Positions 45,752 to 55,200 of a stretch of DNA of 64,000 nucleotides are shown in pieces. The DNA is from a virus (taxonomy: Duplodnaviria; Caudoviricetes). Numbering within the stretch: position 1 is the first letter of the stretch; each line of letters starts with the position of its first letter. The notes under the pieces are model-generated. The model did not search any database. It had not been told where the DNA came from and worked only from the letters and a program-made list of their open reading frames with translations. Location of the stretch: IMG/VR virus record IMGVR_UViG_3300027800_000347, positions 1,548 to 65,547 of that record; one strand, given 5' to 3'. The position numbers and the translations under genes were made by a program.

Positions 45752-47122
45752 ATGTCCACCGACATCGCCAAATCCAAGCGCGTCAAAGTCTTTGCCGTTC
45801 CGGAGGTGACTCCCGGGACCCTCGTTTTTCCCTCCGCCGAGCACTTCATTTGCCCGGCCGGGGAGCCGTCGCTGAACCAGGTCCCCACCTACACGGATTC
45901 CAAAGAACTGGCCGACACCCTGGACGTGCTTGACCAGTTCCCGGATGCCATGCCCCCGGCAGAGTTCTCGCTTCCCATGTACCTGCGCATGGCCGGTTCC
46001 GGCACCGCCCCGCAGGGCGACATCCTTTTCCAGTCCATGCAGGGCAGCAAGCAGGAATCAGGGGCCGTGACCGCCGCCGTCAACGCCGTGGCCGGGATCG
46101 ACGCCGATGACGTGACCATCCCCTACGATACCGTCGCTGGCGGAGAGCTCCCCCCGGCGGGCGTCATCCAGATCGGGGCCGAGAAGATCCGTTACGCCGC
46201 CAAGTCCGCGACCAACTTCACCGGTTGCACGCGGGGCTACGCCGGGACCACCGCTGCGTCGGCGCTGGATGACGCAAGCATCACCTTGCTTTCCCAGATC
46301 TACAAGCAGGCCACGGCAAGCCCGTCGTGCTCCCTGTGGATCATGCGGGATTGGTTCATCCTGTTCTGCTCGGGCGTCACGGTCAACAACGCTGGCGCCG
46401 GACTCAAGAACGAGGACGCCATCCTGTTCAACCTCAAGGGCCAGGGCATGCGCATGGGGTGGGCCGGGCAGTCCGCCTTGACCGAAGGTGCGTCGGCTGC
46501 AGCCACGCAGATCGTGGTTGCGAACGCCAAGATGTTCACCGTCGGCGCGCGCATCCAGAACGTGACCAAGGGGGCCAATAACGCCGGGGCTGGCTTTGCG
46601 GTCACGGCCGTGAACGTGGCCACCAAAACCTTGACCCTGTCCACGGCCGTTCCGTCCGGAGGGTGGGCCGAGAACGACGTGATTCGCGGCTACCTGCCCG
46701 ACGCCACACCCATCGGAACGGCCGTCAAGTGCCGGGACACCAAGGTTTACATCGGAGGCGTCGAGGGGCGTATTCGCTCCACCGACCTGACCATCGACGT
46801 GCCGAAGACCTACCTGACGGATGTGATCGGGACCCAGTACCCCGAAGAGTACGTCGAGGACACCCGCAAGATCACCACCAACCTGAACGTCTACTTCAAG
46901 AAGGCCGACGCCGAGAAGTTCTATGCGGGCTTCAACGGCGAGGAAACCACCGTCGAGTTCATCCTTGGCGACACGCCCGGCTACAAGTGCAGCCTGTTTT
47001 ACCCCCGGGTCAAGCTCACCATGCCGACCCTTCGGTCCGAAGGGCCGACCGCCGTCCTTGAAATCCCCGTGACCGCGCTCGGCACGGCTGGCGAGGACTC
47101 TTTCTACATGTGCCTGGAATAG
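45752..47122 (+). CDS. Major tail tube protein
   Basis: 456 aa between the terminator and chaperone genes; AAGGAGG RBS. Confidence 0.75.
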   Translation: MSTDIAKSKRVKVFAVPEVTPGTLVFPSAEHFICPAGEPSLNQVPTYTDSKELADTLDVLDQFPDAMPPAEFSLPMYLRMAGSGTAPQGDILFQSMQGSKQESGAVTAAVNAVAGIDADDVTIPYDTVAGGELPPAGVIQIGAEKIRYAAKSATNFTGCTRGYAGTTAASALDDASITLLSQIYKQATASPSCSLWIMRDWFILFCSGVTVNNAGAGLKNEDAILFNLKGQGMRMGWAGQSALTEGASAAATQIVVANAKMFTVGARIQNVTKGANNAGAGFAVTAVNVATKTLTLSTAVPSGGWAENDVIRGYLPDATPIGTAVKCRDTKVYIGGVEGRIRSTDLTIDVPKTYLTDVIGTQYPEEYVEDTRKITTNLNVYFKKADAEKFYAGFNGEETTVEFILGDTPGYKCSLFYPRVKLTMPTLRSEGPTAVLEIPVTALGTAGEDSFYMCLE

Positions 47123-47214
47123 CCCAAACGCGGGCCGGATAGGGCGCGCGCCCGACAAGCGGACACCCCGGCCGCTTCCGGCCCGCACAAATCGGGGACC
47201 AAGGGGAAATTATC

Positions 47215-47577
47215 ATGAAGTTTTCGCTCAAGCCGAAGCAGCGCACCATCCGGGTTGTGTCCGCCCCGGGCGTCAAGTGGGCCGTCGTGCCCATGACCAC
47301 CACCGAGGAGACGGAACTGGCGCGCGGATACCAGGAGTACGACGCCCGCACCAAGACCTATCAGCTCAAGGATTTCCCGGGCTTCCTGAAGGCCAAGGCC
47401 CGCCAGGTCATCCGGGGCTGGTCCGGTCTGCCCGGCGACGACGGCAAGGACATCCCGTACTCGACGGCGGCCCTTGAGGCCATGTGCGAGATGCACAGCG
47501 GCGTCATCACGGAAGTGCTGGCCGAGTCCGGCCGCGCCGACGCCATCGAGGCCGAGGCCGACGAAAAAAACTCCTAG
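47215..47577 (+). CDS. Tail assembly chaperone (G)
   Basis: VIRGWSGL...IPYS...EKNS*; slippery A AAA AAC at the 3' end. Confidence 0.8.
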   Translation: MKFSLKPKQRTIRVVSAPGVKWAVVPMTTTEETELARGYQEYDARTKTYQLKDFPGFLKAKARQVIRGWSGLPGDDGKDIPYSTAALEAMCEMHSGVITEVLAESGRADAIEAEADEKNS

Positions 47578-47933
47578 CGTGGTGTGAGCGGGTCAAGCCG
47601 GGGGGGCAGGAGGCGACGCAGGATGAATGCTTCGACATCTACAACAACTCCCCTCCCTGCGAGACATGCCCACGCCGCGAGATTTGCGAGGCCGACCTTT
47701 TCCCGACCAACGCCCTGGCCTGGAAGGTCTGGCGAATACTGAGCGAGTTTGACCGCCCCATGGGGGCCATGGGCGGGGCAGGACACATCCCGTCCAAGGT
47801 GGTCCGGGAAGAGGTCCAGGCCTTGGGCGGCACAGAACGGGACTTCGAGAAGGTGCTCTTGATCGAACGCACGCTGTACCCGGCCCTGGTCGAAGCCTGG
47901 GAGGCCGCCAGGGAAGCCAAGAAGAAAAAATAA
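47565..47933 (+). CDS. Tail assembly chaperone -1 frameshift extension (GT)
   Basis: Heptamer AAAAAAC at 47565..47571; -1 frame open to 47933 (LLAWCERV...). Confidence 0.8.
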   Translation, partial: KKLLAWCERVKPGGQEATQDECFDIYNNSPPCETCPRREICEADLFPTNALAWKVWRILSEFDRPMGAMGGAGHIPSKVVREEVQALGGTERDFEKVLLIERTLYPALVEAWEAAREAKKKK

Positions 47934-48059
47934 GCCGGGCGGTTGCGCGCCGCCCGCAAAATTTCCGGCCAAGCAGCATCGGCCGAGGATCTTTGAAAAC
48001 CGAGTATGTGTGGATGCGGAAGGGGGGCCGGAATGGACCGGTCCCCCTTGGACCACATG

Positions 48060-48458
48060 TTATTCTTGAAGCTGCCGCAGCAACTGCCGGGCTCCTGCCG
48101 CCAAGAATCCGGAGCGGGTCATACCCTCATGCTTGGACTTCCGGTCTATCTCGGAAAGCAGCTTTTGGCTGATTGAGACACTAATGCGAACCGGGGCCGG
48201 GTCTGCCTCGTTTCTCGGCGCCGGGACCAGGGCCAGGAATCCGCCGGAAGGAACGGAGATGCCCGACAACGGCGACGGCGCGGGGACATCCTCCCCGTTT
48301 GAGCGCATAAGGCCCAAATATCCGTCCATGGCGTCCACGGCCATGGCCATGGCCTCGTCCTCGGTATCCCCCTCGGTAAAGCATCCCGGGAGATCAGGGA
48401 ACGAGACCACGAATCCCCCTTTTTCGTTTCGCTCGAAAATCGCGGGGTACGCTTTCAT
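48060..48458 (-). CDS. hicB: HicB antitoxin
   Basis: YPAIFE...FVVSFPDLPGCFTEGDTEDEA; C-terminal RHH RISVSI...TRSGFL. Confidence 0.93.
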   Translation of the reverse strand: MKAYPAIFERNEKGGFVVSFPDLPGCFTEGDTEDEAMAMAVDAMDGYLGLMRSNGEDVPAPSPLSGISVPSGGFLALVPAPRNEADPAPVRISVSISQKLLSEIDRKSKHEGMTRSGFLAAGARQLLRQLQE

Positions 48459-48527
48459 ATCCGATGCTCCTTTTATATTTTTCATCCGGCCAGGGGGACG
48501 GCGGGGGTTGTTGCCCCCGCCCCCTCT

Positions 48528-48719
48528 CTACCTAAGCCCCGTCCCCGCTTGCCTCTCTATTTTCTTCACGAGGTCTATGCTTAGGTCTTTTGCTGGATGT
48601 TTTACGGTCACTTTTCCGGGTTTCTCTGGGTGCTCGAAGTGGTGGTGGTCCCCCTTCGCGTTTTTCAACACCCACCCGGCCGCCTTGAGCCTCTTGATGA
48701 TTTCCGTGCTGCTTGGCAT
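48528..48719 (-). CDS. hicA: HicA toxin
   Basis: IIKRLKAAGW...KGDHHHFEHPEKPGKVTVKHP...IERQAG. Confidence 0.93.
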   Translation of the reverse strand: MPSSTEIIKRLKAAGWVLKNAKGDHHHFEHPEKPGKVTVKHPAKDLSIDLVKKIERQAGTGLR

Positions 48720-48747
48720 ATCCTCCTTCCCGTTCGTCGTTGAAAGT

Positions 48748-48776
48748 AAAGTACGCATTTTTTGTGTAGTTGTCAA
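48748..48776 (-). promoter_or_regulatory. Sigma70-like promoter of hicAB
   Basis: Minus strand TTGACA-17-TACTTT. Confidence 0.7.
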
Positions 48777-48799
48777 CAAAAAATGTATAAAAAATGCAC

Positions 48800-48823
48800 A
48801 AAAAAGCCGCCCCGAAGGGCGGC
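48800..48823 (-). terminator. Rho-independent terminator downstream of the antirepressor
   Basis: Minus strand GCCGCCC-TTCG-GGGCGGC-TTTTTT. Confidence 0.75.
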
Positions 48824-49029
48824 CTTGAGAGATTTCGGGGCTTCCCCGGTCATTCTCTTTGGTTTTCGGTTCTGGCCTCGCGCGAGGCTTGGCGCAGAAC
48901 GCGCCGAACTTCCATCATCCCATAGGCCACGGCCTTGGCCGATCCGGGCACGATCTGTTCCATGGTTTCCAGGGTGAGCGGGGCCTTGCCGACGATGCGG
49001 TAGTCTGTGCGCGTCATGGTCATGCCCCC

Positions 49030-50058
49030 TTATCCCTTTACCAGCAGCCGCCACGCGGCGGCCATGCCGTGGATGCCGTCGGCAAGCGCCCGAAGCGCGA
49101 GGTGCGCGTTGTCGCCAGCCGTGCGCATCATCTCCCGCGAGGGCTTGATAACCTCATCGAAGAAGTTGCCCACGTTCGAGGCGCGGCGCTCGTGGAACGG
49201 CGCATAGGCGGCCTTGTGGATGGCCAAGACCTCATCACGGAACGCCTCGTAGGCCACGCAGGCGCGGTGTTCGAGCTTGTTCCAGGCCTCATCCGTCTCG
49301 GGCAGATTGCCGTAGAATCGGGCGTAGTCGCGCAGGGTCACGGTATCGCTTCCCGGCGGCAGGGCCTTCTGGGGTTCACCCTCAATGGCCAGGGCGTTCT
49401 TGACGGTCATAGCCACGATGTACTCCACGGCCTCGGGGAACTGCCCGGCCGGAATCTGATCGTACTTGGCGACCTTGAAGCGGTTGTGGACGCGCGACCA
49501 GATTTGCGCCCGGATGCGCCCGATGGCCTCCTTCGGAAACGCCGAGGACTTGGCCGCGACGATGTTTTGAAGCTCTTGCTGTTGGGCCGGGGCCAGGGGG
49601 CCGGTGGGGAGGGCGGCCTGGGCCACCTGATACTGCCCGGTCCTACGGATCGCCGGGATGACCTCCGAGGCAATCCAGTTCGTGAAGCGGTCGGCCTCGG
49701 GCTTGTTTGAGCGGAAGGCCAGCTTGTAGACGGCGGGTTCGGAGATGAGGGAAATCGCCCCGCGCAAGCCGCCTTTTTTGGGGTGCGGAGATTCCGACCC
49801 GCAAGTTTTTGGGATGTCGTTTTGCGACACCCCAGGAGTACGGGCCGGGAGCTTCCCTACCCGCTTCCAGTCCTCTGGAACTGAGCGAAGCGTATTCCCG
49901 CTCCACGTCAGTCCAAGCGCGGCGCAAACGTCCTTGGCGACGAACCAGGGGAAGAAGTCGTCTTTCACGGTCCTGATGTTGTGCCCCTCGAAAACGAACG
50001 GGGGCAGGACGGGCGCGTTGCCCGTGACGGTGGGATCGGTTACAATGGCTTCAGCCAT
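49030..50058 (-). CDS. BRO-N-domain antirepressor
   Basis: FVFEGHNIRTV...PWFVAKDVCAALGL...ISEPAVYKLAFRSNKPEADRFTNWIASEVIPAIRRTGQY; ORF6C-like middle. Confidence 0.92.
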   Translation of the reverse strand: MAEAIVTDPTVTGNAPVLPPFVFEGHNIRTVKDDFFPWFVAKDVCAALGLTWSGNTLRSVPEDWKRVGKLPARTPGVSQNDIPKTCGSESPHPKKGGLRGAISLISEPAVYKLAFRSNKPEADRFTNWIASEVIPAIRRTGQYQVAQAALPTGPLAPAQQQELQNIVAAKSSAFPKEAIGRIRAQIWSRVHNRFKVAKYDQIPAGQFPEAVEYIVAMTVKNALAIEGEPQKALPPGSDTVTLRDYARFYGNLPETDEAWNKLEHRACVAYEAFRDEVLAIHKAAYAPFHERRASNVGNFFDEVIKPSREMMRTAGDNAHLALRALADGIHGMAAAWRLLVKG

Positions 50059-50142
50059 GGCGGAAACCTCCGGTGGTTTCGGTTGTGGTTAGGCCCTGGT
50101 CGGAAGGTGCGAACTTCTGGCTGGGGCCGTTTCATCGCCTCG

Positions 50143-50298
50143 TCAGTTCTTTTTTCTTTCTTCCTCCTCTAAGAGACGGTTCAGGCACCCGACGAACAGG
50201 CCCTTAACGGTCGTGTCTCTCTCAACCGCCAGCAGCTTGATTCGTTTGTGAAAATCCTTGTCAAGCCTGATCGTTATGCTGGTTTTTCCCTTGTCCAT
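50143..50298 (-). CDS. Ribbon-helix-helix regulator upstream of the antirepressor
   Basis: TSITIRLDKDFHKRIKLLAVERDTTVK; upstream TTGACA and an ATCAATAC direct repeat. Confidence 0.75.
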   Translation of the reverse strand: MDKGKTSITIRLDKDFHKRIKLLAVERDTTVKGLFVGCLNRLLEEEERKKN

Positions 50299-50423
50299 GC
50301 GTATTGATGTATTGATTTGTTGCCGGGTTGTCAACCCCAAATTTTGGCCCGCTCAAAAAAAGTCAAGAAGAATTTGCCACCAGCAAAATCTTTGCGTACC
50401 TCCGAACAAAAAGGAGATACGAC

Positions 50424-51050
50424 ATGGAAATAGACGGGTTGCGCGACGCCATAGAATTTTTCCTGCTCCACCTGGATCGGCTCCACCCCCAAGACAAGGG
50501 GATGGCCATGACTGTTTTGATCGGCGAAGGAACAGGGGTTCTCCCCGAGGCGGCGATAGATGAAATTTGCGAGAAACCGGCCACTGTGCGCGCCCCTGAT
50601 TTTTATGATGACTCTGGGCGGCCAAGGCTTCGCATAAAGACTATCGTCCAAATGACAGGGCTAAACCATGAATATTTTCTTCGTGAGTTAGAGGGCGGGC
50701 TAAATGAAAATTTTGTCGATGCCCTTGACTTTATCTCATTGAATAAAGAGAATTTCGTAAAGGGGAATGGGGACAAGCGAGTCTTTCAGTCGGCCCATGC
50801 AGCAATAATTGATTACGGCCCGCCCAAGGTTCTTCAAGCATTTAGAGAGAAATTCAGAGAAGTGTTTGGCCAGATACCATTTGACTACATTGATGAAAAT
50901 GGCGAGGAATACATTACAACGGAGACATTAGCGAGATTCATGGGCGTCGCGGTGGAAGAAGTTAAAGAGAGTGCGGAAGAGGCTGTAAAGCTTGGGCACG
51001 CGAAAACTGTAACGATCCCCCCAGACCCAGAGGACGGGACAGTGCATTAA
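50424..51050 (+). CDS. Hypothetical cargo protein
   Basis: AAGGAG RBS; lower GC; ends at a terminator hairpin. Confidence 0.65.
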   Translation: MEIDGLRDAIEFFLLHLDRLHPQDKGMAMTVLIGEGTGVLPEAAIDEICEKPATVRAPDFYDDSGRPRLRIKTIVQMTGLNHEYFLRELEGGLNENFVDALDFISLNKENFVKGNGDKRVFQSAHAAIIDYGPPKVLQAFREKFREVFGQIPFDYIDENGEEYITTETLARFMGVAVEEVKESAEEAVKLGHAKTVTIPPDPEDGTVH

Positions 51051-51069
51051 AAAACCCGCCGAAGCGGGC
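51048..51069. terminator. Terminator between convergent genes
   Basis: AAAAAA-CCCGC-CGAA-GCGGG. Confidence 0.7.
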
Positions 51070-51099
51070 TTGTGGCTGAACGATAGCGCAGGTCATTCC

Positions 51100-51270
51100 C
51101 TAAAGGCCAAGTTCGGCCTTGATCTTTTCCCAGGGGACAAATTCCATTTCTTCGGGCTGGGCGTTTTCGATAGCCCGAAGATCCTCGGCATCTTCTGCCA
51201 GGAAAGTATCGGCTTCGTGAGGATGCTCGTCAATGACGAGAAATACGCTTTTTTCAGGTGCTGGACTCAT
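51100..51270 (-). CDS. Small antitoxin-like ORF (orphan)
   Basis: Ends EDLRAIENA...FVPWEKIKAELGL, resembling type II antitoxin tails. Confidence 0.4.
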   Translation of the reverse strand: MSPAPEKSVFLVIDEHPHEADTFLAEDAEDLRAIENAQPEEMEFVPWEKIKAELGL

Positions 51271-51350
51271 GATGAACCCGTAATCCTCGGGCAGTTGACA
51301 GTCAAGGGAAAAGCCCCGCGAGAAATCCACGGGGCTATGGGCCAGGGGCT

Positions 51351-51905
51351 TCACCGGGCCTGAACAGCTCCCGTGACTTCGCAAATTGTTGTCGCCACCT
51401 GAGAATGAATAAACCCCATGTTAAATTTATCAATCACCTTTGGTTCTTTTGGGTAAAAAGTATCATAAATTGTCCTGGTGTTTGAGTCTATCTCCGTTCC
51501 GCTTTTTGCTTTATGCACGCATTTTATTGTGACGTCTTTCACTGGGTATTTGTTGTAGTTTGTGATTTCAACTGTAATGACAAGTATTGAATCAAGCGCA
51601 CTCGGATCAAGTGAATTTTTCGTAATTTTCACAAGTTCGTAAGGCTTTCTTTGCGGTTCTTCTTTAGCCGCGCCTTCGCTGCCTACCGTCGTATTTTGCT
51701 TTGTTCGCGGCCCAAGAACATTTGCCAAGATAAACCCAAGCGCGACAAAAAGCGCGAATCCAAGTAGCAGCCGTTGCAGGCACCCCATTTTCTTTTTTTG
51801 TATGGGTTGCGAAGAATTTTTAGCAATCGACATTCCGCAGTGCGGGCACGATGCCGCCTTATCAGAAATCTCCTTGCCACATTCAGGGCAGTCTACCAAG
51901 GACAT
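51351..51905 (-). CDS. Zinc-ribbon membrane protein (cargo)
   Basis: MSLVDCPECGKEISDKAASCPHCG, one TM helix, C-terminal soluble domain. Confidence 0.8.
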   Translation of the reverse strand: MSLVDCPECGKEISDKAASCPHCGMSIAKNSSQPIQKKKMGCLQRLLLGFALFVALGFILANVLGPRTKQNTTVGSEGAAKEEPQRKPYELVKITKNSLDPSALDSILVITVEITNYNKYPVKDVTIKCVHKAKSGTEIDSNTRTIYDTFYPKEPKVIDKFNMGFIHSQVATTICEVTGAVQAR

Positions 51906-51936
51906 TCCGTAACTCCTTAACAAGAGAGGGTTTCGC

Positions 51937-52146
51937 ATGCAGTCCGTAACCGTTGAAATCGACGCCACCTACGCAATGAACCTGATGGATCGCATCCGGG
52001 ACCACACCGCAAAGGCAAAAATGCACGGCGTTTCGGATGAATACCTTGGGGAAGAGCAAGAATTGCTGCTGGAAATGATTCACCTCTCCCTTCGGCTCAT
52101 TGGGGCCACGGTAAAGCCGAAAACGCCCAAAGGGGACGCCAAGTAA
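51937..52146 (+). CDS. Hypothetical protein
   Basis: GAGGG RBS, 69 aa. Confidence 0.45.
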   Translation: MQSVTVEIDATYAMNLMDRIRDHTAKAKMHGVSDEYLGEEQELLLEMIHLSLRLIGATVKPKTPKGDAK

Positions 52147-52247
52147 CACTCCGCCCCTCTTTCCCCGCCCCGATATCAGAAACATGATCTGACGGGCAAC
52201 CCTCCGCATCCACGCATTCTCGGTTTTCGCCAACAAGGGAGACGAGA

Positions 52248-55200
52248 ATGCCCGGCATCCGCATAGACGTTGACACCTCTCGCAGCATCAAGAGCTTGGC
52301 CGACTTCCGGAAGTCCCTCAAGGACACCGGGGCGGACGCCAAGCTTTCCGCGTGGGAAATCAAGCAGCTTGAGGATCGCGTCAAGAAGAACCTGGAAGCC
52401 GACAAGGCGGCCAGGGCCGCCGACAAATACGCCAACTCGATCCGTTCCATGGGCAAGGCCGCCGGGCTTTCGGCCCGCGAAATGGGCGACCTTGAGCGGC
52501 GGCTTGGGTCGATCCGCCGTGAAGCCGAAAGCACGCACGCCGGTTCGTCGTCGCTGTCCGGGGGGGTCACAACCCTGGCGGGCGCGTTCGGCCGGTTCGC
52601 ACCGCAAGTCCTGGCGGTTACGGGGGCTTATCTGTCCCTGAGCAAGGCCATGGAGACGGTATCGAACTTCGTCAGCCGAGGCTTCGATTTCAACCGGACC
52701 ATGGAGACGGCTTCGCTCGGCATCGCCTCTATCCTGACTGCCACGCAAGACCTTGTGACCACCGAGGGCCGCAGGCTCCAGGGTGTTGAAAAGCTCAACG
52801 CCGCGCAGGCCATATCCCGGGGACTGATGAAAGACATCCAGGTCATGGGTCTTCAGACCACGGCCACCACCAAAGACCTGGTTGACGGGTTCCAGATGAT
52901 CCTTGGCCCGGCCACGCAAGCGGGCATGAGCCTGGACCAGACCAAAAAGACCATGATTGGGATAGTCCAGGCCTTCGGGGCGCTCGGCATCCCGCTTGAA
53001 CAGTTGAGCGCCGAAGCCCGTTCCCTCTTCGACGGCGATATCAAGATGGGCCAAGACCGCTTGGCTGGTTTCCTTGGGATCACCAAGGAACTGGTCCTGG
53101 AATGGCAGAAGCAGGGCGTCTACTTCGACAAGCTCAACGAAAAGCTTGAGGCGTTCCGGGTGGCCGGGGATGCCACGGCCAAGACCTGGACCGGACTTTC
53201 GTCGAACTTGGCCGAGTCCTTTGACGTGATCGCCGGGCGCTCCACAGAGGGCCTTTTTGAGGGCGCGAAAACGGCCGTGGCCGAGATCACCGGGCTTCTC
53301 ATCGACACCAAGAACCTTGGCCTCGGGCAGGACATCCAAAACATCGCCTCCCTGATTCGGGAGATGGGTGACGACTTTGGCAGCCTACTGGTTTCCGGGG
53401 CGCGGGCGCTTGTCGAAAACATCAGAGATTTTGACAAATGGCTTGGGGAGAACCGGGGCAAGGTCGAATCCATCTACGAGAAATTCAAGTCCATCGGTTC
53501 GCAGCTCTTGGAGATCGTGGGCAAGGTCTTCAGCATCGCGGAGGCGTTCGCTCAGGCCGAAGTCGCCACAGGGAAGATGAATTTTACAATGGGGGTCGTC
53601 AAGGCGTCCCTCACGGTCATCAATGAGCTTGTCGGGTATGTCGAGGTTGCCTTTTGGGCAGTGTCCACGGCCATTACCACCGGACTTCTTGGGCCGTTGG
53701 CCGCTGTTCAGAGGTCAATTGCCGCTATCGGCGGAACGAGCATCGGAAGTAAGTTGATCGACGCCGACACCGTGGCCGCTCTTGAAAAGTATGCGGCAAG
53801 CAATGAGGCGACGGTTGAAGGCATGCAGCAAAGGCTTTCCGGGGTCGCCTCACGATACAAAAACACCCCATTCCCGTCCGTGAAGGCGGCGTACAATCCA
53901 GACCAGACGACAAAAACCAGGGACGAGCTTTTCCGGGAAGAGCATAGCCAGGCATACAAGGACAATCTCAAAAGCGGGATCGAGCTTGAGAAGCTTCAAG
54001 GCCAGGAGCTTGCCAAGCAGCTTTCCCTTATGGGGCAGATCAAGGAGGCGAACAGCGCGGCCCTTTCCGTCGAACAGCGCCGGGCAGACGTTACGCAAAA
54101 GTGGACCGAACAGCGGACGAAGGCCGAAGAGGCTATGGCGTTTGCCCAGAAGACCGGCAACGCCAAGTTGATGGAAGAAGCCACGGCCATGAAGAACTTG
54201 GCCGACTCCGGGGCGGTGAAGGCTTTTGATGACATCGCCAAGTCTGCCGCAAAGGCCGGAGGTGGCGCCGCCAAGTCCGCGCAACAAGCGGAGAACCTCT
54301 TCGCGTCTCTGAACGACCAGATTGTCGCCGCCGAGGCCGCGCTATCCGGCGATACCCTGCAAACCAAACTGGCGCAAATCGACAAGAAATGGGGCGAATG
54401 GACCCGGAAAGTCGAAAACTCAAAGCTGGCCGCCGAGGAAGTCAAGGCGGCACTGGCCAGCATTGAAAAAATCCAGGCGCTTGAAACACAGGCCGCCCAG
54501 GCCGAAGCCGCAGCGGACGCCCTTGCGCGCATGTCGCAACTGCTTTCCGACATCGCGGACGCCTCCGGCTCCCCCGACCTCAAGATCAAAGCCGGGATGA
54601 TGGACGTGGATGCTTGGTATCAGCAATCCCGGCAGGCCATCGAACAGGCCACGCAGGACGAAGCGCAGCGCGCCGAATTGGTGGCCGCCCTTGACCAGGG
54701 CGTGGCGCTCAAGCGGCTTGAAGTCACCCGCGACGCCTACGAGTCCATGTCCGCCGTCTCCCAAAAGTATTGGGACGCCGAGAAGGCCCTGATCGAACAA
54801 AAGCTGTCCGTGGTCAAAGAGAACGCCGACGACGAACTTGCCTACAAGATCTCTGCCGCCCAGGAATGGGACGACTTCAACCGCCGCAAGCTCGAAGCCA
54901 AGGCCAACGCCCCGCGTTCCCAGGGCGAGGCTATCCAGGCCGTGTTCGCCCTCGACTCCGGTTCCTACAAATCCCAGATGGGCCAGCTTCAGGACTCCTG
55001 GAAGTCCACGGCCGACGGCATGCTTAACCTGACCGACGATCTTTCCTCGGGCATCGCGCAAAGCCTCGGGGATGCGCTTCGGGGCATAGCCCAGGGCGAC
55101 TTCGAGAGCTTCGAGACCATTTTTCGCTCCATGCTCTTGCGTATGGCCGATGCCTTCATCTCATTTTCCGAGGACATGCTGGCGCAGGCGCTCAAAGGCG

